From: Candidatus Poribacteria bacterium
Lineage (GTDB): Bacteria; Poribacteria; WGA-4E; PCPOR2b
Reading direction: 5' to 3'
DNA: 64,000 nucleotides
NCBI GenBank assembly: GCA_965215015.1
Contig: OZ244042.1
Coordinates: forward strand, 3,424,001 to 3,488,000
Below are positions 31,676-40,019 of the stretch, one piece after another. The notes under the pieces are model-generated. The model had not been told where the DNA came from, made no database searches, and was given only the letters and a program-made list of their open reading frames with translations. Made by a program: the position numbers and the translations under genes. The number at the start of each line of letters is the position of its first letter. Positions within the stretch are counted from its first letter, which is position 1.

Positions 31676-32248
31676 TCACAACACATCGGCACAGAATCGA
31701 CGAAATTCGCACTCGACGCATTTTCCGCGCTGTGGTGTCGGTGGGGGCATCCGTTCGTCTGAGAGTATACTCCTTATCTGCTGGATGGCGTGACGGGTCT
31801 TGCGCCGAAGTGTCTCTGAAATTGGAACTGCTGTGATGCGCTGTGTGGGGATTCGATAGATAAACCCTTGAGACACTAATTGACCGAGACATTCCTCCAC
31901 CATCAGCGCGTAGGCTGTCAACTGGTATTTCGCGTTCAGGTTGAGCCTCTGGGTTGTGGATTTAAACTCGACTGGGAATGCTTCATCTTTGGTCTGGATG
32001 AGTAGGTCGAGCACACCGCTCAATCCGAGGGACTCGGCATGTAGTGAGATGTGGAATTTACGGCTGCCAGCCTCAAGCCCATAGCGGGCGAGGGTTCGAC
32101 GCCGCTCTAGGACACTCAACACCTCGTGTTGGACTGCGCCGATTTGCATCGGATGCGTTGTTGGACGTGTCACAGGGGTGTAGTAGGTGTGGTAGACCAC
32201 TCGTGGGCAGTAGAAGTATTGTTTGATGTCGCTGACGCGTATGTTCAT
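31676..32248 (-). CDS. cas4: CRISPR-associated exonuclease Cas4
   Basis: YCPR, D..PVEFK, QLTAYA, C..CEFRRFC Fe-S motif. Confidence 0.95.
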   Translation of the reverse strand: MNIRVSDIKQYFYCPRVVYHTYYTPVTRPTTHPMQIGAVQHEVLSVLERRRTLARYGLEAGSRKFHISLHAESLGLSGVLDLLIQTKDEAFPVEFKSTTQRLNLNAKYQLTAYALMVEECLGQLVSQGFIYRIPTQRITAVPISETLRRKTRHAIQQIRSILSDERMPPPTPQRGKCVECEFRRFCADVL

Positions 32249-32374
32249 TTTTGGCTCCTTATAATAAAAACAAGGTGCAGAGGACGAAGAGAGACTGCAC
32301 GCGCAATGAATTGCGCTACTACGAACTGGGATTATAATAAATACAATCTGTTGTACGTGTTCTTAGCATGAGTG

Positions 32375-32626
32375 TCATTCTCCAGTCTCCTCAATAACGG
32401 TTCGTTTGTCGAAGTCTTTCGCGCAGACGCTGAGGACTTCGATCTTCCCTTCCGCTTTGCCGAGTTGTTCGGTCAGTTTTTCCTCTAACGCCCGCCTGCG
32501 TGTGGTATTGATGTCGCCGAGGAATGCGCTATATTGGATGCGTTTTAAGCCGTAATCGAGGCAGACATCGGCGATTTTTTTGCGGATGCGGTCTTTAACA
32601 ATGTCGTAGATGACGTAGGTGTGCAT
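32375..32626 (-). CDS. cas2: CRISPR-associated endonuclease Cas2
   Basis: VIYDI...R.KIA..CLDYGL.RIQYSAF. Confidence 0.96.
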   Translation of the reverse strand: MHTYVIYDIVKDRIRKKIADVCLDYGLKRIQYSAFLGDINTTRRRALEEKLTEQLGKAEGKIEVLSVCAKDFDKRTVIEETGE

Positions 32627-32786
32627 AATTATTGTCTAAATCGCGGATTAAGCGGAGGACACGGATTGGGAAACGAATCCCGCGATGCGCTTAGATGGCA
32701 ATTTGGGTTAATAGTGTAGAAGGGGTTAGAAACCGAGTTTTGCAGAGACGGGTGGGGAAACCCCGCCCCGATGGTTTCTAGGTTGT

Positions 32787-33896
32787 TTACCATGTGGAGG
32801 TGAAGGGGTGATAATCCCGTTCGCGGCGTAGGCACATCGCTAGATGACGGGCTTGGATTTGGATAATGTTGCACAGTTTTTGTTCCTTTCGCTCGAATCG
32901 CTCGGTCTCTTGAAGCCTCGCTAGGACGCGGTCGGCAAGGGCGCGTCGGGTCCCTTGGCTGAGGCGGCGTTGTGTTGGGGTTTCGTCCTCGGTATCGGGT
33001 TTTGAGGATTGGTGCGCGGCTTTGGCGGCGTCCCTGTCGGGATCTTCCCACTCCACTTTGAATCGCTTGTTGATCATCACAAACACCACTCGATCCACGA
33101 TCGGTTGGCGGAACTCTTCGATAAAGTCGAGCACTAATGAGGGTTTACCGGGGCGGTCAACGTGTAGGAATCCGGCGAACGGTTCAAGCCCAGCCAATGT
33201 GAGTGCGCTCCAGACCTGTGAGTAGAGTATGCCGTAGCCGTAGTTGAGCAGTGCGTTGACGTCATCGACCACGCCTTGATGGTTTCGGGTGGTGAAGCGT
33301 CCGGCGGGCAGCAGCCGTTGGACGCATTCCCAGTAGAGTGCGCCGGCGCGTCCTTCAAGGTTGAGTAGTGTCCCCCGTGCGCTGTCAATCGGCGGTTCAT
33401 CGGCTGCCGCAACGGTTGGGGATTGGACAGACCGAATCTCGTCAATAAGTCCTTCGATCTTGGTCAGCCGTTCGATCAATTCGACGTATTTTTTGGGTGC
33501 CCGTTTCTTGCGGTATTTGCCGAAGTAGCGGACGAGGTTGATTTGGTTCTTCAGTTTGCCTGCGGTGAATTGTTTGGCGATTTCTAAGCCGCGCTCGTCG
33601 TGGTAGGCGGCGAGCTGCTCACGTCGGGAAATCACGGTCGCTGTCAGCGATGGGCTGTTGAGTTTCGCATAGGGTTTGCCGTTGAAACTGAGGAATGAGA
33701 TTTCGATGCCGCGCTCGGTGCACGCTTCAATAAGGTCTGAGGACATGCTGACGCCGCGTGAGGCGATGACGATCTGGTCGAGGTCCATCAGAGGGTGCTC
33801 CTCTTTTTCGCGGTCTTTGTCTCGGTATCGGACGCTGACGCGTTCGGAGCGTTTGCCGAGGTATGTGCCGTAGTCGGAGATGATGAGTTGTTCCAC
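32787..33896 (-). CDS. cas1: CRISPR-associated endonuclease Cas1
   Basis: EGRAGALYW, NALLNYGY, GFLH, SLVLDFIEEFR. Confidence 0.97.
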   Translation of the reverse strand: MEQLIISDYGTYLGKRSERVSVRYRDKDREKEEHPLMDLDQIVIASRGVSMSSDLIEACTERGIEISFLSFNGKPYAKLNSPSLTATVISRREQLAAYHDERGLEIAKQFTAGKLKNQINLVRYFGKYRKKRAPKKYVELIERLTKIEGLIDEIRSVQSPTVAAADEPPIDSARGTLLNLEGRAGALYWECVQRLLPAGRFTTRNHQGVVDDVNALLNYGYGILYSQVWSALTLAGLEPFAGFLHVDRPGKPSLVLDFIEEFRQPIVDRVVFVMINKRFKVEWEDPDRDAAKAAHQSSKPDTEDETPTQRRLSQGTRRALADRVLARLQETERFERKEQKLCNIIQIQARHLAMCLRRERDYHPFTSTW

Positions 33897-34030
33897 TGTG
33901 CTGCTTCCTTTCGATTTACGTCGATCTTGAATTTCGGGTATACTTTAATCAGGAACGTAGATTTGCGTTCCCTATGCCAGTTGTCAGCAATTATGGGAGA
34001 TTGGCTGAGGTGGTTCTCGTTAATTGAGGG

Positions 34031-34339
34031 GTGTGCATAATAATTGTCTGAATCAGGATTTTCTGGATTGAAGGATTAATAGGATTATGGGACTCAAGTT
34101 GACACCGAAGGGACAAGAAAGGTCTGCCGAGAAGTGTGCATAATAATTGTCTGAATCAGGATTTTCTGGATTGAAGGATTAACAGGATTATGGGACTCAA
34201 GTTGACACCGAAGGGACAAGAAAGGTCTGCTGAGAAGCGTGCATAATAATTGTCTGAATCAGGATTTTCTGGATTGAAGGATTAATAGGATTATGGGACT
34301 CAAGTTGACACCGAAGGGACAAGAAAGGCCGGCCGAGCA
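34031..34339. repeat. three tandem 103-bp direct repeats
   Basis: Units start at 34031, 34134, 34237 and are nearly identical. Confidence 0.92.
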
Positions 34340-34574
34340 GCGTGCGTCATTTACTGCCCAAGGCTGACAACTTCTCAGAAGCATAACGCATCTGATTGCT
34401 ATTTCGGTCAACAGCGGAAAACTTTGGCTTGCCCCTCGAAGGGGGCTTGGAGGCGATGCCTTATTATACGCTCCACAAGAATATTGTTGAGACTGACGTG
34501 GAGGCGGGGAAGCGTATTCTCGTGGAGAAATTCGGTGAGGTCGCGGAGTTCTGTAACCGTAATTGAAAGCTCCA

Positions 34575-35108
34575 TCACCCGCCTCCTTCTAACTCGATAT
34601 CAGTATGGAACGCGCGGCTACTCGCGTTCCATACATCTTTTTTGCCCCCGGCGTCTCTAGCCCATTGATAGATAGAACTATGCGCCTTTTCGATGCTATC
34701 TAACGACGTTAGCAGCCAGTAAGCCCAATTCTGTCTGGGGAGCGCAGCAGCTAACATGAGGTTGATAGGATATTCGCTTCTCTCACCAGAATCGCGGAGG
34801 TCGTCATGAAAGATAAATACTTCTTTTTCGAGTATAGCCGCAGCGCCTAGTTCAAACATCACGCCCGGGTCAGGTGGTATCCCGTTGACGACAGCAAAAA
34901 TCCCGTCGGCTTCTTTGATGTCGAGAACGTTCTTCATGGCAAGTTCGTAAGCCCACTCCTCGGACTTGCCGATGATATGATTGTTCCGTTGAAACGGTTC
35001 CCAAACTTCAAGCCCTATCGCTTCAAGACGCTTGACGAATTCGGGGAGTACGAGTTGCCGTTCGACCGTTGAGAAGCCAAAGTCGTTGGCTAAATAGATG
35101 GTCTTCAT
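34575..35108 (-). CDS. nucleoside 2-deoxyribosyltransferase family protein
   Basis: IYLA, EVWEPF, DGIFAVVNG.PPDPGVMFELG with catalytic Glu. Confidence 0.88.
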   Translation of the reverse strand: MKTIYLANDFGFSTVERQLVLPEFVKRLEAIGLEVWEPFQRNNHIIGKSEEWAYELAMKNVLDIKEADGIFAVVNGIPPDPGVMFELGAAAILEKEVFIFHDDLRDSGERSEYPINLMLAAALPRQNWAYWLLTSLDSIEKAHSSIYQWARDAGGKKDVWNASSRAFHTDIELEGGG

Positions 35109-35122
35109 TCAAACCTCCGCGG

Positions 35123-35548
35123 TCAACCTGAAAGCACGATGATTATGGATTCTGCTTGGAATGTCTCGAGTAAGAATCTCTCACTATCGAGAATTAACAG
35201 CGCTCCTTCCGTTACTGAGACTAAAACTACAGGGAGAACAGTCGAATCCATAAGAAAGTAAACTTTGCCCGCCCGGTAATAAAAAGCCCGGAAGTTTTCA
35301 ACCGTAATACGATCGTCGTCTATGCGAATTACTCCATTATCATCGTAGTCAGCAGCAGTGAGAGGATGTTCGATTACGATCACACTATCTGTCGAGCCAT
35401 CGAGCCCCTGCTCCCCTTTCGGACCCGGCAGCCCCTGTGGGCCCATTGACCCCATTGGCCCTGTAAGCCCTTGCGGCCCCGTGGGCCCCGGCGGCCCCTC
35501 GCATCCGATGGAAATAACTAATAGTAAAACACACAACATCTCTTTCAT
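35123..35548 (-). CDS. collagen-like lipoprotein, copy 1
   Basis: Lipobox SIGC, 12 Gly-X-Y triplets, about 85-aa C-terminal head. Confidence 0.88.
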   Translation of the reverse strand: MKEMLCVLLLVISIGCEGPPGPTGPQGLTGPMGSMGPQGLPGPKGEQGLDGSTDSVIVIEHPLTAADYDDNGVIRIDDDRITVENFRAFYYRAGKVYFLMDSTVLPVVLVSVTEGALLILDSERFLLETFQAESIIIVLSG

Positions 35549-35656
35549 TGCTTTATCCTTTCATGGTGCGCCCGAACAGGCACTTAAACAAGTTTTAATT
35601 GAATTGCCTATGTAAATAAATCCATTGATTGCTCTAATCAAAAGCGTTCTACGCGG

Positions 35657-35720
35657 TTGCATGATGCTTGATTTCCCGGCGTTATTAGCACCTGCGAGGA
35701 GCGTTAAAGAGCGGATTGTG
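35657..35720 (-). pseudogene. AAA ATPase fragment (Walker A)
   Basis: IRSLTLLAGANNAGKSSIMQP; short fragment, boundaries approximate. Confidence 0.6.
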
Positions 35721-36103
35721 TAAAAGTACCGCCGATAGCATCTCCTCAACCTGACTGAACCCGAACTGACTCGCCAATTCGGGAACTACTTCCTCGGCTA
35801 ACTCTCGATTTACATCAGAGAGGAAGGCTCGCCTTCCCATCACGTATTCCTGCCATTCGTCAAGTTCTTTACCAACATCATGTGCGAGAACGCTGGTTAA
35901 GAGCACTTGCTCCTCGGACTCCGTCAGTGGGGGTGAGAAAGTATGCTGAAGCAGCGGTAACAATGTGATTAAAGCGTCAATTTCGATAAGTGTATGGTCA
36001 AAATAAGCTTTGCTCAAAATTTCTTCGCTTTGCGATTTTTTTTCTTCCAATCGCGATTGAGCATGAATTCAACAGCCTCTCTTCTGAATGCTTGATAATC
36101 CAT
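35717..36103 (-). pseudogene. truncated CRISPR-type HD nuclease (Cas3''/Cas10d-like N-terminus)
   Basis: GGAGG RBS and ATG at 36103; removing one base from each of two homopolymers gives MDYQAFRREAVEFMLNRDWKKKIAKRRNFEQSLFDHTLIE...AHDVGK...WQEY; ends in a junction with the ATPase fragment. Confidence 0.65.
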
Positions 36104-36145
36104 ATTTCAACGCCTCCATGGAAACAAATTCTTGAATTGATTATA

Positions 36146-36179
36146 ATTATAACCCCTATTCCCGTCAGAACACGTCGGT
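36146..36179 (-). promoter_or_regulatory. putative WYL-activator promoter 1
   Basis: ACCGACGTGTTCTGACGG-N10-TATAAT; twin at 46513-46546. Confidence 0.65.
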
Positions 36180-36417
36180 GATCGGAAAATTCTGCAATTT
36201 TTCGGGCGCGTGTCATATTTTTTTACGTCTTATCTGCCGCGACAGCAATGTTCGCAAGGGGCAATAGCGAACCCGCTAGCTGCAGAGTTGCCTGTTGTCA
36301 ACCCAATCTACGTTCTTAATCAGTGGTGTTAGCAGCGGTGGGGCACTAATCGAATGTCAACCCCGCCGCTGACTGGGTTGGACTTGGCAGTCTAGCTCAA
36401 CCAAAGTCAAAAACAGT

Positions 36418-37128
36418 TTAATTTTCGCCGGTAGTAGATGGGGTAACCAATCGTTCATAATCGCTAAAACTACGACTCGATCTGTGCAATCGGTAGGGAA
36501 GCATGGCAAGGAAGGTATGCCGTTCCTTGCCAACACGGATCTTCTTCCCACTGTAGATATCAGCTTGATCGAAACTCATTTTAGCGTTGCAATCATCTAA
36601 GTGTTGTAACTGACTTTCGATGTGCCATGTCTCTGCTTGTTCAACTAGAGATATGAAGTCAGAAGGTAGTGCTTCAACTGATTGGATCGGCGGAAGAAAC
36701 TGGAAGAACCCACCACGTTTCCCAAAGTAAGTAATATTAAGCAGTAGCCGCTGCAACTGTTCTTCCTGTGAATCATCGTGAATTTCAAAGCCCAACCTCA
36801 TTTTGCCAACGAAATGGACATATTCGCGGTAGCCGATGGTTCTCTCGAATCCCTCCTTATCGCTAGAATGAGGCGGCTTGAGGATACGAGTAAATACGTT
36901 GTTGACCAAAGCGCGTTCTGGCAAATGCACTGCTAACGACAAAGTGCGAATCCATTCCCACGCTTGTTTGCCGTAGTTGATTCCTTCTGTACGGAGAGCT
37001 GCATCCAACAAGCCCATCTTTATCGCATAGGGGGTTGGTGTCAACAACGTTTTACCGCCTGACGATGTGGCATTGCTCGGCTTGAGTGAAAAGAAGGTCG
37101 TGGGTTGATAAGTTGCTAAGACCCACAT
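36418..37128 (-). CDS. cas5: type I Cas5
   Basis: FSLKPSNATSSGGKTLLTPTPYAIK, REYV, YFGKRGGF; position after cas7. Confidence 0.85.
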   Translation of the reverse strand: MWVLATYQPTTFFSLKPSNATSSGGKTLLTPTPYAIKMGLLDAALRTEGINYGKQAWEWIRTLSLAVHLPERALVNNVFTRILKPPHSSDKEGFERTIGYREYVHFVGKMRLGFEIHDDSQEEQLQRLLLNITYFGKRGGFFQFLPPIQSVEALPSDFISLVEQAETWHIESQLQHLDDCNAKMSFDQADIYSGKKIRVGKERHTFLAMLPYRLHRSSRSFSDYERLVTPSTTGEN

Positions 37129-37129
37129 T

Positions 37130-38140
37130 TTAAGTGCCTCCGTTATAGTTAATTTTGTAAGGTGCAGTTGTGTTAGCTAGGTTTGCCATAACTTCAGCAT
37201 ACTCGCCTAATGAATCAAATTTGCAGAGTTTAATCGCGCTTGTCTCGATCTGATTGAGTGCGTCTGCGACACGTCTGATTTCGTCCTTGTACTTGTCATT
37301 AAGTGGACTAACTGTAGGTGCGGGCAAAATCTTTGTGCTGAGACTAACAATTCCGTCGAAGTTCACAAGATGAGGGTGCTGAGCACTTCGCATTGCGCCG
37401 TTTGGCTCAACAAAAGTACACAGTAGGCTTTCAATCAGTGTTTTGTATCGTTGATTGCGCTCACTGTCATCAATCGCGTATTTCTGGTTGATATCGTTGA
37501 AACCAAGCCGTGAAACTTCAATGCCTGCTACAACTGCGTAAACCCCTGAATTGGCTGGACGGTGGAAGATATTCTGACCGAGATTGGCACCACTTTCATC
37601 TGTATTATCACCATTATCTGCATTCTGCTGTCCACGATCAGGTACATATTTGACATGAAAGTAGTTGTCGGTCTTAGTCAGCTCTGGTATGCCCACCACC
37701 CAACCGAACTCTACAATTGACTTGCGGGGTGTGGCCTTCTTCTTGGATCGATTTGTAACAAGGATGCCTTCAATGTCATCCATTGCACACATTTCCAACA
37801 TCGTTGTAATCATTTTGTCATCCGGTGTGCTCTGTTCGTAGCTGCTGTCAAAGGTTGAATCGTCGAGAATGCGATTTGCGCTGAACCTTTGGCAACCTGA
37901 ACATAGCTTCAGTCCACTATTTCTGCTCAAGTGGAACAGATGTTCGGCTTGAATGTGTTTGAACATATCACCTGAAATTGCGTTCACGGCAGCGAGTTTA
38001 CCCGCTTGATCATAGATGTTAACCATTCGGGTTGCGATTTGATTTCCTTCACTGCCTTCGTTATTGAGGGAGTGCATATCAATTGTGGCTCTGCCGCAGA
38101 TGGTGAGGGAGTAAAGGGCTTTGCTATCACTCATTGTCAT
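37130..38140 (-). CDS. cas7: Cas7, DevR/Cst2 family (I-A-like)
   Basis: HSLNNEG, ISGDMFKH, PRKSIVEF, IFHRPANSGVYA. Confidence 0.9.
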   Translation of the reverse strand: MTMSDSKALYSLTICGRATIDMHSLNNEGSEGNQIATRMVNIYDQAGKLAAVNAISGDMFKHIQAEHLFHLSRNSGLKLCSGCQRFSANRILDDSTFDSSYEQSTPDDKMITTMLEMCAMDDIEGILVTNRSKKKATPRKSIVEFGWVVGIPELTKTDNYFHVKYVPDRGQQNADNGDNTDESGANLGQNIFHRPANSGVYAVVAGIEVSRLGFNDINQKYAIDDSERNQRYKTLIESLLCTFVEPNGAMRSAQHPHLVNFDGIVSLSTKILPAPTVSPLNDKYKDEIRRVADALNQIETSAIKLCKFDSLGEYAEVMANLANTTAPYKINYNGGT

Positions 38141-38200
38141 TCTCCTTTTCGGTATGAGGGGGTGTGGCGATATTGCTTGTTGGTCTATCTTGTCGAAAGA

Positions 38201-40006
38201 TTAAGAAGGAATATCTCCTGAACTTGTGTCAGTGGTTGTGGTAGTATCAGTTGTTGATACATCATCTCTGCTAGTAGAAGCGTATCCGAACGCCAATAGT
38301 AGATGACAAATTGTTTGAGGACCATGTTCATCAATTAATTGAACAATTTCGGTAATGTCGTCTTCACGGACACTTTTCCGCCAGTGTTGGGCTGAGTTTT
38401 CGGCTACGCTGGCATTTTCGGCGTTGAAAGAGTGAAGAAAATTACCTAACGCCTGAATGAACTCGTCCGGGTAGTTTGCCTTGCGTCGTAATTCTTGACC
38501 AAGTCCATATCGGATGTCATACGGAGGTCTTCCACTTTTTGCCATATATTGCAGCGTCACAGTACTTTGACGGATGGATCTGGCGATGTTTTGAAAGCCT
38601 TCGCTTTTAATAATTGGCGTAAGTTCTTTCTGCTTGCTCATCAGTAGACTCCTCAAATTGGTTGCGCTCAACGGCTTAACCCAGAAGTTTTCCTTCACTA
38701 AGGCGTTGAGCAGATAGTTTGGATATTGTGATGTGAATTCAAAGAACGCTGTAAAATCGTTTGCGGAAAGAAAATTTCGATAGTGCTGGAGTAGTTGGTA
38801 ACCCTCACTCCGTTCCTCCTCTAAACTTTTTACGATGTTGAGGTGTTCCTCTATCACCCCCTGGTACACTTGCACATCATTTCTATCTTTAATGTTCATC
38901 CAGCTGGGTAGATTGATAAAGGAAAGGTTCATTACGGCGGCCGAGTTGCCGAGATCCTTATAAAATGCGGTGTGTAAGCCCGCTACAAAGTTTTCAGGGG
39001 CACGCCCCTGCAACTCCACAGCTAAGGAAGCACTTGCTTCTGCTTCACAGTGTCGTAGAAAGCACTTTGTGTAGCTGAGTGCAGCAAAGATGTCCGATTT
39101 AATTGCGTGTCGGTTCCCTACCACATCCCTGAATCTTGCGAAAATTGTGTTGTGCTCATCCAATGTGATATTGACCGGGGCTAGTGCAAAGGTCTTCCGA
39201 TCCTTCGGGGGCTCGCCCTGTTTTACTAACACGAAGCGGGGTACTGCACAATGGTAGAAACCAACCATCTTCAGATATTCGCATAGCCAGAAGCTGTTTA
39301 CATTCTTCATTGACAAGCTGCTTGCTTTGGTGGCGTTCTGTCCTTTGCCTGTGCTTGGGTTGAACACTTGGAGCATATTCAAGCGATCTTTACCGATAAA
39401 CTGTTTCTCTTTTTTGAGTTTTTTCCATGCTTGCTCACAGGTCGCAACTGGGTTTGGAATTTTAGCATGGAGTGCCAGCAACAGCTTGAGTAACTCCGCG
39501 AAGTGCTCACGGGTTTCATACCAATTGGTGACGGCTGAATTGTAAGCACTAATCCCTGACATCATGTTGATTTTCTGCCAAATGCGATAATTGGGGTCTG
39601 GTTCACTTTCTCTCAAAACTGTAAGTGCTTCGCTGTCGTCGGCATTCTGCTTTAGTGTATCACCTAGAGTCCTGCGTAATTCGTTGTAGTCATCGTAACG
39701 CTCTTTTTCTCCGTTGTAATCTATGTTGTAAATATCCTCCGGCATTGTTTCACTGTTCTTTGGTGTTTTAATAAAAGGGATAGGGGCAAAGGAGCTTTTT
39801 AAATTCTCAACCCATTCTGCTTGTAACGCAGGAATGAGTTCAATCGCATAGGTTGTCCCCCTATCCAAAATCTTGATAGTATGGGACTCATATTCGCCGA
39901 GGGTACGTTGCAAAAGTTGGTGTAAGATAGTTGCTAATCCATAAGCGGAACAGACATCAGCAAATGTGCCTGTTTGTTTGTCAACGAAATAGGTCTGTTG
40001 GTACAT
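38201..40006 (-). CDS. cas8: putative Cas8 large subunit with C-terminal Cas11-like domain
   Basis: 601 aa between cas3 and cas7; NPSTGKGQN motif; helical C-terminus. Assigned mainly by position. Confidence 0.72.
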   Translation of the reverse strand: MYQQTYFVDKQTGTFADVCSAYGLATILHQLLQRTLGEYESHTIKILDRGTTYAIELIPALQAEWVENLKSSFAPIPFIKTPKNSETMPEDIYNIDYNGEKERYDDYNELRRTLGDTLKQNADDSEALTVLRESEPDPNYRIWQKINMMSGISAYNSAVTNWYETREHFAELLKLLLALHAKIPNPVATCEQAWKKLKKEKQFIGKDRLNMLQVFNPSTGKGQNATKASSLSMKNVNSFWLCEYLKMVGFYHCAVPRFVLVKQGEPPKDRKTFALAPVNITLDEHNTIFARFRDVVGNRHAIKSDIFAALSYTKCFLRHCEAEASASLAVELQGRAPENFVAGLHTAFYKDLGNSAAVMNLSFINLPSWMNIKDRNDVQVYQGVIEEHLNIVKSLEEERSEGYQLLQHYRNFLSANDFTAFFEFTSQYPNYLLNALVKENFWVKPLSATNLRSLLMSKQKELTPIIKSEGFQNIARSIRQSTVTLQYMAKSGRPPYDIRYGLGQELRRKANYPDEFIQALGNFLHSFNAENASVAENSAQHWRKSVREDDITEIVQLIDEHGPQTICHLLLAFGYASTSRDDVSTTDTTTTTDTSSGDIPS

Positions 40007-40019
40007 CAGTTCTCACTCC

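Noticed and set aside
29684-31793. ORFs overlapping the array (FQSPFHRVNGCN, MKRGLK repeats)
   Set aside because: Translations of CRISPR repeats.
34031-34339. Second CRISPR array
   Set aside because: Whole units are identical, with no unique spacers.
34456-34566. 36-aa plus-strand ORF MPYYTLHK
   Set aside because: Poor RBS spacing and interrupted upstream frame; more likely a decayed gene tail than a small toxin.
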